From an uncultured virus (IMG/VR IMGVR_UViG_3300047548_000808) (taxonomy: Duplodnaviria; Heunggongvirae; Uroviricota; Caudoviricetes): 64,000 bases of DNA. Each line of letters starts with the position of its first letter. Position 1 is the stretch's first letter. The DNA lies in the IMG/VR virus record IMGVR_UViG_3300047548_000808, one strand, 5' to 3'. The notes under the pieces were generated by a model. That model did no database searches and had not been told where the DNA came from. It saw only the letters and a list, made by a program, of their open reading frames with translations. A program made the position numbers and the translations under genes. Shown in pieces: positions 47,601-56,673 of this stretch.

Positions 47601-49199
47601 ATGAGCCAAGAATCTGTAATTAAAATCTATAAGGCTGAAGCTTATTATCTACCAATAGCTAGTACACCACCTGAACTAGTAGCTGAACTAGAAGACGAAT
47701 TTACATACTCGTTCTACAAAGAATCAGCTTGCGCTAGGTGCCCGTATTTAGAGGACCGTCCTTCTGAGAACTGTGATGCATGCGAATCCTTCCTTGGGCA
47801 GCGAGCTACTGGGGGACGAAAGACTGTAAAAGAAAAGCATTTCTTGAAAGTTCCTAGAGGTGGTCTGAAAAAGCTTACTAATGTTCTCAAGCATCTAGGC
47901 ATGACTGATAGAGCCAAGTGGTTTGATCGTATGCCTAAACCTGCGGAAATGTCACGCAGGATTAAACTTGCTGCGGACGTAAAGCTAAGAGATTATCAAA
48001 CTCCAGCTATACTAGATCTAGTTTCTGCATCGGAAGGGGTATTAAAGGCACCCCCTAGGAGCGGTAAAAGTCTCGTCGCCGCAGCAGTCATTTCTAGACT
48101 AAATCAGAAAACACTCATTCTAGCCTCTCAAAACGAATGGCTCTGTCAGTTCAGAGAAACGTTTATTGGGTCAGAAACCGTAAAGGCTATGACTACGTGT
48201 AAGCCATCCCAGATTGGATTTCCAAAGACCGTAGAAGACTTTGATAAGTACGATATATGTCTGTGTACACTTTCCAAGTTCAAATCTGCTAATGGCAAGA
48301 AACTTCTTGAGCAAATCAAGGATAAGTTTCCAGTAGTAGTTATTGACGAAGTACACTATGTTCCAGCAGACGGGTGTGCGCGTGTAATTGCCAATCTAAA
48401 TGCTAGATACATATTTGGCCTAACTGGTTCGCCAGAGCGCAAAAATACAGCAGAATATCAGATTGTAGAAGACCTAGTTGGCCCAATCATACATGAAGTT
48501 AAGATGGATAGAGCTAGGCCACAAGTAGAACTTCTGCCTATGCCCTCAGGCAAGAAGAACGAATTCCAGATTAAGGGCCATGGTCCATACGCATTTACTT
48601 CATTGGTGTCAAAGTTAGAGGCTTCAACCGTAAGAAAAATAGCTATATGTGACAAAGCTATTCAGCTAGCCAAGTCTGGTCACATGGTTCTGATTCCATT
48701 GACCAGAGTAAATTCTATTCTTGAGTACACTAGGTATATAAACGAAAAAGTAGACCGCCCAAGATACGCGCTTCCTTTCTATGGAAAGATAAAGAAGGAA
48801 GACCGTATGAAGGTTATTGATGCAGCTAGAAACTATAAGTGTAAGGTTCTAGTCGGAAACATAGCCTTGCTATCAGTTGGTCTTAATATACCTAGAGCCT
48901 CGGCAATTATTGAGTGTGGAATCAATAGTAACTCTCCAGCGTGCAAGCAGCGCTTAGCTCGCGTGCTAACACCAATGGAGGATAAACCTACACCGCTATT
49001 CGTATTTACTATGGACGACTGCGACATAATGCGCAAGTGCCGTAGAACAGAGTGGTGGAACACGATTACCCCAACATTCAAACCAGTAGTTAGTTCTGAA
49101 ACGAAAAAAGCTCTTAACGCTTATTTTGCAGCTTCGTCTAGTTCTGTTAAAGCTAGAAAAGGCGCATACGCACATATTAATATAAATGAGGACTTATGA
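47601..49199 (+). CDS. SF2 DNA helicase (UvsW/XPB-like)
   Basis: LRDYQ, APPRSGKS, IDEVH, GLTGSPER, SVGLNIP, QRLARVL. Confidence 0.88.
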   Translation: MSQESVIKIYKAEAYYLPIASTPPELVAELEDEFTYSFYKESACARCPYLEDRPSENCDACESFLGQRATGGRKTVKEKHFLKVPRGGLKKLTNVLKHLGMTDRAKWFDRMPKPAEMSRRIKLAADVKLRDYQTPAILDLVSASEGVLKAPPRSGKSLVAAAVISRLNQKTLILASQNEWLCQFRETFIGSETVKAMTTCKPSQIGFPKTVEDFDKYDICLCTLSKFKSANGKKLLEQIKDKFPVVVIDEVHYVPADGCARVIANLNARYIFGLTGSPERKNTAEYQIVEDLVGPIIHEVKMDRARPQVELLPMPSGKKNEFQIKGHGPYAFTSLVSKLEASTVRKIAICDKAIQLAKSGHMVLIPLTRVNSILEYTRYINEKVDRPRYALPFYGKIKKEDRMKVIDAARNYKCKVLVGNIALLSVGLNIPRASAIIECGINSNSPACKQRLARVLTPMEDKPTPLFVFTMDDCDIMRKCRRTEWWNTITPTFKPVVSSETKKALNAYFAASSSSVKARKGAYAHININEDL

Positions 49200-49789
49200 C
49201 TGTACCAAAGATTATAAAACTACCTAGTCGAAATCTGTTTCTGGGGCGTGGATGTGATATTCCAAACCATATATGGACTTCGCCAAAAACTAAGCTAGAT
49301 ACGTGTGACTTTGCTACGGACGAGAAAGACGGATTGAACCAGACAGTATACACTGCAGTGCAGCAGGATGCATCGTTTGATGCGTTCGTGCAGGATCCGT
49401 CAGAACCTAGAATCTATGGCATCTGCTCGATGCCTAACGACTCAGTAGCTAGCGTTATGGCTGCGTACATGACTTCGGTATTTTTACAGCAGTCTGCCCC
49501 AAATCAACTAGCATACTGGAACAAGATAGTATGGAGTGGATTTGACAAGAACGTATTTACATGCGGATGTAGCTTCTTAGTCATCTCAAGTATTTCTCCA
49601 AACACATCAGTAGCTAGGCTAGAGTATATACAGGAAGTCATTGATCGTTACGCCGGCCGCATTCCCATTTTAGTAGTTGGAACTGGGTTTGATCCTATAA
49701 CTATGTTTTCTACCAAGTTGTTTCGGAAGCCTACGGATATATTCTTCCACTCAACTTCGCTAGTAAAACGACGAACTGAGGTCATGTGA
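49196..49789 (+). CDS. hypothetical protein (degenerate helicase-loader-like role possible)
   Basis: Lies between two helicase genes; no intact Walker motifs. Confidence 0.5.
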   Translation: MTVPKIIKLPSRNLFLGRGCDIPNHIWTSPKTKLDTCDFATDEKDGLNQTVYTAVQQDASFDAFVQDPSEPRIYGICSMPNDSVASVMAAYMTSVFLQQSAPNQLAYWNKIVWSGFDKNVFTCGCSFLVISSISPNTSVARLEYIQEVIDRYAGRIPILVVGTGFDPITMFSTKLFRKPTDIFFHSTSLVKRRTEVM

Positions 49790-49793
49790 CCGT

Positions 49794-51194
49794 ATGGCAA
49801 AGATATTTTCTCCACGAGCTGAGGCCCAAGCTATCAGAGCACTTTGCGCGAAAGACCCTAAGATTTCAGGTTTAATGCTAGGCAACCTGAATCAGACGTT
49901 CTTTCACAGCAAAGCTGCAGTAGAAATATATAAACGCATTCAAAGGTTTAATGAACGCAAGGGCACAGTACCTGCTATCTCAGTGGTACGTGAAGACCTA
50001 GGTTTATCTGATGACGCTAAAGCATTCATTGATTCTGAAGTAAAAGCACCGAGATCCTCAGAAGATGCTGAACAGCTTATCGGAGTTCTAGATAAATATC
50101 GTAGAACTCGTGTTATGTACAGAATGTGCCGTGAGGTTCTAAACGATCTAACTGGTAATTCTGTAGATATTGATACTTTACAAGAATTTGTAATCAATAA
50201 ACTTACTGAAATTCAAACCAGACGCACCACGGATGCCGATGTTATACACCTCGGCAAGGATGGAAACGCACTGGAGAAGATTCATAGTATTCTGTTTGAC
50301 GAAGGAACTGAGCAGGTTATTCCAACAGGATTCAGAGACTTTGACACAGTAAACGGTGGTTTCTTTAGAGGAAGTCTACAGGCTATTGGTGCTAATACTG
50401 GTGGTGGTAAAAGTCTGCTTACTAACCAGTTATGCATTAATCAAGCCAAACTAGGGTACAAGATTGTCCTGGTTCCGCTTGAAATGTCATTAGACCAAAT
50501 GCTGTCTAGAACTATGTCATCCACTACTGGATACAATAGTATTGACATCTTCTTGAAAAGGTTGGCTACAGGAGAAAAAGAAGACGCAATGAAGAAAATG
50601 CGTCGAATGAATCGTGAGATTGAAGGCAGAGGTGGACGTTATACTGTATTCAAGCCACGAGAGGATATGACCATTGAGCAGTTACTTGCTTCTGTTCATT
50701 CCTACAACGCAGACGTTATCTATATTGATTATTTGAACCTACTAGCCGGTGTTTCTGATTCAGAAGACTCCTGGCGTAAACTTGGTAATGCTGCTCGACA
50801 CGCCAAGATCTATGCAGAGAACCATAACAAAGTTATCGTGCTACTGACTCAGGTTAACGACGAAGGTCAAGTGCGGTATTCAAAGGCTGTTGTAGAACAT
50901 TGTAATGGTTTCTGGACCTTTGTTACTACAAAGGAATCCCGCGAAGCTGGATACATGAACATTGTTCCAATCAAGTCTCGTAATCAAGTTCCTGATCCAT
51001 TCACTCTAAAAGTAGACTTTGCTAAAATGCAGGTTACTGACTTGAACGACGCAGATCGTTCAAAAATGAATAAAGACCATGCCAGCAAACAGATCGACGT
51101 TAGTGGAAACAAAGACGGCGAGCGTTTCCGTAAAAAGCGCACTCAAGTAACTGATCGTCCTAAACGCGATCAAGCTGACCTAACTGGAGTTTAA
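49794..51194 (+). CDS. dnaB: replicative DnaB-like helicase
   Basis: IPTGF..FD...GGF, GANTGGGKS, LEMS, IYIDYL, LLTQVN, KSRN. Confidence 0.9.
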   Translation: MAKIFSPRAEAQAIRALCAKDPKISGLMLGNLNQTFFHSKAAVEIYKRIQRFNERKGTVPAISVVREDLGLSDDAKAFIDSEVKAPRSSEDAEQLIGVLDKYRRTRVMYRMCREVLNDLTGNSVDIDTLQEFVINKLTEIQTRRTTDADVIHLGKDGNALEKIHSILFDEGTEQVIPTGFRDFDTVNGGFFRGSLQAIGANTGGGKSLLTNQLCINQAKLGYKIVLVPLEMSLDQMLSRTMSSTTGYNSIDIFLKRLATGEKEDAMKKMRRMNREIEGRGGRYTVFKPREDMTIEQLLASVHSYNADVIYIDYLNLLAGVSDSEDSWRKLGNAARHAKIYAENHNKVIVLLTQVNDEGQVRYSKAVVEHCNGFWTFVTTKESREAGYMNIVPIKSRNQVPDPFTLKVDFAKMQVTDLNDADRSKMNKDHASKQIDVSGNKDGERFRKKRTQVTDRPKRDQADLTGV

Positions 51195-51198
51195 TACT

Positions 51199-51804
51199 AT
51201 GTCTAATTCTGTACTCACACAATACAAAACTAAATTTATCAATGCTCTAGACTTCATCGTTGAAGACCTTCGTTTGTCTGAAGACGAGGTTCAAGAACTT
51301 CTTACTTGGATGACTAGGGCTACACGTAGCCGTATTTTCCGACCTACTTCCTATGCAGAAGAGACTACAGTTCAACAAAACGAGCAAGAGAGGAACAATT
51401 TTGAGGCAGTATTCATTCCAGATCTAGACGAGCTGGACACTAAGCCCCGTCCGAAGGAAAAGAAAAATGAAGTCATTAAACCTACCAATGGCAGTAGTAA
51501 GCCCGTCGTTAGCCAAAGCACTGAGCGAGGAGTACAACAAAAAGCAAAGGCCAAAGCTGTCTCGCCAGCAAGTACTGGAGGAGCAAAGCCTACGGGAAGC
51601 ACAAAACCATCCGTTCCTAAACTTCCTGGAAACACTGGAGGAGGAACCCAAAAAGCAAAAGCTACAAGTAAAACAGAAAAAGCTTCAGTTAAAAATATCA
51701 CCTCAGCCGTTGCCTCCAAAACCAGCCCCATCAAACAAGTATCTGCTCGACAGGTCATCAAGCCTATCAAAGCAGCTACCAAGCCTAGTAAACCAAAAAA
51801 CTAA
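51199..51804 (+). CDS. hypothetical protein with Lys/Ser/Thr-rich tail
   Basis: GGAG RBS; last 338 nt overlap the next ORF in another frame. Confidence 0.65.
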   Translation: MSNSVLTQYKTKFINALDFIVEDLRLSEDEVQELLTWMTRATRSRIFRPTSYAEETTVQQNEQERNNFEAVFIPDLDELDTKPRPKEKKNEVIKPTNGSSKPVVSQSTERGVQQKAKAKAVSPASTGGAKPTGSTKPSVPKLPGNTGGGTQKAKATSKTEKASVKNITSAVASKTSPIKQVSARQVIKPIKAATKPSKPKN

Positions 51805-52132
51805 GGACTTAACTGAGTTCGTTTTAACGTATGTAGCGCCGAACCAGATGGCGCTATTTAACGGTATTGAGGACGCAGCAGTCATATTAAAAGATACCCT
51901 AGGCGACGACCCCCGCCTGGGGGCTTTTTCATTAACGGCCGAAAAGTATTTGACTTTCGGAGTTAAAGCTAGACTTGCATCTGAGGTATCAAGGCTTCTA
52001 GATCTAACTGAAGTCGAGCGTGATCTGTTTCTACTACAAGTAGTATCGAAAGACTTCTCCGTTGACATGACTTCAGAAGCTATAAATGCTATGCTAACAA
52101 AGATAGCCAAGAAAGGCGGATCTAATGGCTAG
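51467..52132 (+). CDS. hypothetical protein overlapping the upstream ORF in the +1 frame
   Basis: AAGGA RBS 8 nt before the ATG; stop overlaps the terminase start. Confidence 0.6.
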   Translation: MKSLNLPMAVVSPSLAKALSEEYNKKQRPKLSRQQVLEEQSLREAQNHPFLNFLETLEEEPKKQKLQVKQKKLQLKISPQPLPPKPAPSNKYLLDRSSSLSKQLPSLVNQKTKDLTEFVLTYVAPNQMALFNGIEDAAVILKDTLGDDPRLGAFSLTAEKYLTFGVKARLASEVSRLLDLTEVERDLFLLQVVSKDFSVDMTSEAINAMLTKIAKKGGSNG

Positions 52133-55100
52133 TTTAATTAAGCCTAGTTGCATGAAGTGTAGCAAGTATATTGCTTGCAGAGATCCATTAAAGGGGCCAA
52201 AACACTCATGCAAGTCTTTTGTTAGACTAAAAGAGATAGGATCTTTTGAAGATCTGTACGCATCTATTTCTATGCTTCCGCAGGGAGTCGAAGACCCAGA
52301 CATTGCACTTGAAAAAGAAACCTCTGGTATAAAGATACGGGATCTAGTTGACGCTACTCCAGGTATTGCTAAAACAAAGCGAGTTTTAGATGGGGTAAAA
52401 ATAGCAACGCCAGAAGAAGTTAAAGGCGGAGTAAACGATGTGGAAGGTGACTTCATTTGGCAAGCAATGCAGTCTTCCTACGATCCGTTTACTAACTCAG
52501 TGCGGGACATCAAGATTGACGACCGAGCACTAAAGCTATCAACAAACTATTATCATTTCTGTACTAAGATTGCAGGGTCCGCTATCAAAGCACCATTTTC
52601 TAGGCAGCTATATGTAGCGATGATACTGCTAGGAGAATACTGTCCAAGATGTACGGATGAAAAATGGCTAGATATTACTAACGTTCCAGTAGACATGGAA
52701 TCTAAGGACTTAGTTAAGAAGGTAGTTCTTCTAGACAATGGAGTATGTCCTAAGTGCTCTGCCACAAAATCAGGATTGATTCTTGGTGGAGAGATGAAAG
52801 ACTACAATGAGCTTGCTATTGTTCAGGGCCAGCGTTGCGTTGTTGGAGCTACTCGATTACAGACTAGGATAGGATTCAAGACCTTTACTGATCTTGAGGA
52901 AATTCACGCTGACTCCAGCGGCTCCACTGGATTCGTAGAATATAAGGGTCCAGACCTAGTTGACTACGATGGAAGTTTTGTGAGGCCATCATACTTCTAT
53001 AGATCTGGAAAAACTAAAACTCTAAAGCTAACTACTAGCATAGGCCAGGAGCTTACTGGAACTCCAGAACATCCGTTGTGGACTAAACACGGTTGGAAAA
53101 AACTATCCGAGCTAAAAGTTGGTGATGAACTAGAACTTCATATAGGACAAGATGCTTGGAGCACAGACGAGTTCTCGCTAGAAGGAATGGCTGACTCCAT
53201 TATCCTGAGTGAACATCATACTAGGCATCAACAATCAGCTAGTACACTAACTCCCAAAATAGCTGGTCTTATTGGGTTCTTAGTATCTGAAGGCAGTTCC
53301 TACGTAGTTGATGACGTTCTAAAATCAACCAGGATACATAACAATGATATAAATGTTATTAACTATTGCAAGGAAGCCATACTCACGATATTCCCTTCGG
53401 CTACGCTACAGTATAGAGACAATACTTTATTTATAGGAGAAATGCATACAAGACTTTTCCTTAATAAGCTAATGGATAACCGTCTTATAGTAGATAGAAA
53501 ATCTGCTGGACGAGTAGTACCAAGTTGCATAAAAGTATCACCAAAGCCTGTAGTGCAAGAATTTCTTAGGTGTATGTTTGAAGGAGACGGAGGGCTTAAC
53601 GGTAATAGCGTAGAGTACACCTCAATCAGTAAGACTCTAGTGGCAGATTTACACGCTATGCTATTAAATATTGGTATACCCTGTAGAGTAAGAAGCAAGA
53701 TGGCTTGGGCCAGTAACGGTAGTTCTGAGCAAGTAAGTAAGCCCTGTTATATACTAGAAGTGTCTGGTTCATACGCAGTATACAAGTTCAAGGAGATCAT
53801 AGGATTTAAGAGCCAAAGAAAGAACGCACTTCTTAGTAAAAAAGCATCTCTATACAACAACTATGTACGAGAAACAGAACCCTCTTGGTATGGTTACCTT
53901 AGTTCAGTTGATAGTTCTAGAGTTATTGCCATGTACGAAGAAATAAATTCGGAGCTTAGGGCTGGTAGAGTAAAGTACTATAACGGGGGGCGCAGTTCCC
54001 AGGTAAGTCTACGTAGTGCATTCCAACTACGGGTTAGAACAACTACAGGGCTTGTCACAAAGTATAATGCTGCCTTACTTTGTAATTCTGTACTAAATGC
54101 TTCAGATATAGTAGTTCACCTGTCTGACTCAGTACTAAAAAAGCTTAGGTATATTAAGAGACTATCGGAAGACAGAAGTACTATACACATTACAGTTAAG
54201 TCAGTGTCTAATGAGGAAAAACAAGAAACATACGATGTACATATACCAGGTACACATAGGTTCATGGCTGAGGGCCTTCTAAATCATAACAGCGGAAAAT
54301 CGGCTTTCTCTTCAACGCTTTCTGCATATCTACTTCATAGATACATGAAAGCGCCAAGAATGTCCGATATCTGTCGAGGCATTCAGGAGTTCACGCCACT
54401 AACTGCTACTTTCGTAGGACTTACAGCAGCGCGAGCAATCAAGAACTTGTGGAATCCATTCATGTCTATCGTGAACGGAAGTACATGGTTCACTGAGTAT
54501 TTTGAAATGCTACGTGATTATGGACGTAGGTATGACAAAGAACTATACAAACGTGCAGGTCTTTATCTACGTATTTTTCATAGAAATCTAGACCTATACC
54601 CTGCTCCTCCGCTTAAGCGCACTCTACGTGGCGATACTCGTTTCTTGGGTGCAACTGACGAACTTAGCTTCTTCAACTTTAATCCCAATAAGAATGCTGA
54701 TGGAGACGACGATGACGAGGAAAAGGAACATGCTGATGGCGAGGAAGTTCAGCAGTCCCTATCGAACTCTCTAACTACGGTAAGAACAGAAGTTTTGCAC
54801 CTGTATAAAAAGGGAATTAATACCATTCCTACTGGTTATAATCTTAGTATGTCCTCCCCGTTTTCGGAGAACGATACTTTATGCAGACTAGAACGGGATA
54901 GCCATAACGAAGATTCTCTTACTTTTGGTATCAGGCTGCCTACTTGGGAAGTTAATCCATTATACCAAAGAAATCACCCCATCATCGTAGAAGCCTATCG
55001 TAGAAATACAGTAAAAGCAGAACGTGACTTCGGAGCTAATCCTCCCCAGATCACGAGCGCTCTGTATCAGCCTGGAACTATTGAAATGCTGTTTACTCCA

Positions 55101-55847
55101 GGTAGACCTAATTCACATAGACTACTATACCTAGATCATGTAAAGTATACCCGTGGAAAGTCAGTTCACGTAACACCTAAAGACGCATATCAACCAGCAA
55201 TTATGACACTGGATGCAGGTCTAGTTAATAACGCATTTGCTATGGTAGTAGCTCACCGTAGGGATACGACAATGGAAGTTGATCTAGTTATTGAACTAGT
55301 TCCACAGCCAGGAAAACAGGTTGACTTTCCATTCTTATATGATAATATAATTCTACCTATTATTAAGGATATGAACGTAGTTCTAGTATCAGCAGATAGA
55401 TGGAATAGTATTAATATACTTCAGCAGATAGAAAAGGACGTGGAAGGATGTAAGGTTAGTCAAAAGACTCTACAATACAAGGACTTTACTCATTTTAGTG
55501 CATCAGTGTACGCAGGAGAGGTTAAACTACCTGCATTAGAGATGCCTATGGATAGAATACTAGTAGTTAGAGACTTTAAGAAAGAACTACTAAATGCTCC
55601 TATATCGCACCTAGCACTACAGATGACTACAGTAAAGGACACGGGCGTTGCAGTTGTAAAGGGTGATGGTTACACTGACGACATGTTTAGGGCACTAGTT
55701 CTTAATCATCAACAGATGTTTTCTACCAAGCATAAAACACACATGAATAGGGCTAGAATTAAAAGCTCAAGTGCAAAGAAAACGGATAAGTCTCGCGCAT
55801 TTGTTATATCAGCGCCTAGGTCTATATATAGCAGGGGTGGAATGTAG
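52125..55847 (+). CDS. terminase large subunit, intein-containing
   Basis: Walker A GQR-SGKS restored after intein removal; Walker B GATDE; PTWEVNP, RDFGA, nuclease TLDAG and TDDMFRA. Confidence 0.85.
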   Translation: MASLIKPSCMKCSKYIACRDPLKGPKHSCKSFVRLKEIGSFEDLYASISMLPQGVEDPDIALEKETSGIKIRDLVDATPGIAKTKRVLDGVKIATPEEVKGGVNDVEGDFIWQAMQSSYDPFTNSVRDIKIDDRALKLSTNYYHFCTKIAGSAIKAPFSRQLYVAMILLGEYCPRCTDEKWLDITNVPVDMESKDLVKKVVLLDNGVCPKCSATKSGLILGGEMKDYNELAIVQGQRCVVGATRLQTRIGFKTFTDLEEIHADSSGSTGFVEYKGPDLVDYDGSFVRPSYFYRSGKTKTLKLTTSIGQELTGTPEHPLWTKHGWKKLSELKVGDELELHIGQDAWSTDEFSLEGMADSIILSEHHTRHQQSASTLTPKIAGLIGFLVSEGSSYVVDDVLKSTRIHNNDINVINYCKEAILTIFPSATLQYRDNTLFIGEMHTRLFLNKLMDNRLIVDRKSAGRVVPSCIKVSPKPVVQEFLRCMFEGDGGLNGNSVEYTSISKTLVADLHAMLLNIGIPCRVRSKMAWASNGSSEQVSKPCYILEVSGSYAVYKFKEIIGFKSQRKNALLSKKASLYNNYVRETEPSWYGYLSSVDSSRVIAMYEEINSELRAGRVKYYNGGRSSQVSLRSAFQLRVRTTTGLVTKYNAALLCNSVLNASDIVVHLSDSVLKKLRYIKRLSEDRSTIHITVKSVSNEEKQETYDVHIPGTHRFMAEGLLNHNSGKSAFSSTLSAYLLHRYMKAPRMSDICRGIQEFTPLTATFVGLTAARAIKNLWNPFMSIVNGSTWFTEYFEMLRDYGRRYDKELYKRAGLYLRIFHRNLDLYPAPPLKRTLRGDTRFLGATDELSFFNFNPNKNADGDDDDEEKEHADGEEVQQSLSNSLTTVRTEVLHLYKKGINTIPTGYNLSMSSPFSENDTLCRLERDSHNEDSLTFGIRLPTWEVNPLYQRNHPIIVEAYRRNTVKAERDFGANPPQITSALYQPGTIEMLFTPGRPNSHRLLYLDHVKYTRGKSVHVTPKDAYQPAIMTLDAGLVNNAFAMVVAHRRDTTMEVDLVIELVPQPGKQVDFPFLYDNIILPIIKDMNVVLVSADRWNSINILQQIEKDVEGCKVSQKTLQYKDFTHFSASVYAGEVKLPALEMPMDRILVVRDFKKELLNAPISHLALQMTTVKDTGVAVVKGDGYTDDMFRALVLNHQQMFSTKHKTHMNRARIKSSSAKKTDKSRAFVISAPRSIYSRGGM
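52836..54290 (+). mobile_element. intein (485 aa) with LAGLIDADG homing endonuclease in terminase
   Basis: CVVGAT start, GTPEHPL block B, LIGFLVSEG and FLRCMFEGDGG motifs, TYDVHIPGTHRFMAEGLLNHN before Ser. Confidence 0.92.
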
Positions 55848-55879
55848 ATACAATTTTAACTAACTAACTAGGAGAATTT

Positions 55880-56260
55880 ATGCTGAATGCTGACAAAATT
55901 ACCACGGCATTCAGCAGGTTTTTACAGCCTGCTGAATCTACGGAAGTAACTGCTGGAAGTGCTACAGAACACCATATTACAGCTAAGTGGGAAATTATTT
56001 CTGCAGATGTATGTCCAGACTGCAAACAGATAATGCAGCCAACGCTGTGTATGAATACGAAGGCACTAGTATGTATGCCGTGTCGAATAATGCTTCCAAT
56101 GCCAAATGGATATACACCTAATCCAGCAGCAAAAACTCCTTCTATGCCGAGTGAAGATCGTAGTAATAATGCTCAGTTCAATATCAGGCTTAATCCAATG
56201 GATCAAGTGCCTGAAGGAAGAACTAGTCCACCTCCTATATACTTTGATACGTATAGCTGA
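55880..56260 (+). CDS. Zn-ribbon hypothetical protein
   Basis: CPDC...CMPC; AGGAG RBS. Confidence 0.7.
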   Translation: MLNADKITTAFSRFLQPAESTEVTAGSATEHHITAKWEIISADVCPDCKQIMQPTLCMNTKALVCMPCRIMLPMPNGYTPNPAAKTPSMPSEDRSNNAQFNIRLNPMDQVPEGRTSPPPIYFDTYS

Positions 56261-56262
56261 TC

Positions 56263-56673
56263 ATGGAGTTATCAGCTAAACAGGAGGCGGTCCTAGCCCT
56301 AAAGGAACGCCTCCTATATAAATTAAGAAAAGTATTTCACAAATTCGATGGGGCTAGGTATAGTTTTAGAAACAAACTAGGATCGGGCAGCGTATACAGG
56401 CCCGAGCTTTTTACTAAACGAGTTCATCCTTACGTATTTGTTGGGCTTGAGTTAAGAGAAACTTCATTTAAACCAAATGTAGTTGAATTCCTGAAAGAGC
56501 TTAATCCAGTTCTAGCTAGTTTTGAGTTTAACGACTTGATAGATACTGGCCCAAATTCGTATAAGGCAGTACTATTAAAAGACAATCTAACTTCTATACT
56601 AACTTTAGTACATGATAAAGGATATGTCATGGCTACATATTTAGAAGTATTCTCAGAGGACATATATGATTAA
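56263..56673 (+). CDS. hypothetical protein
   Basis: 136-aa ORF. Confidence 0.65.
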   Translation: MELSAKQEAVLALKERLLYKLRKVFHKFDGARYSFRNKLGSGSVYRPELFTKRVHPYVFVGLELRETSFKPNVVEFLKELNPVLASFEFNDLIDTGPNSYKAVLLKDNLTSILTLVHDKGYVMATYLEVFSEDIYD

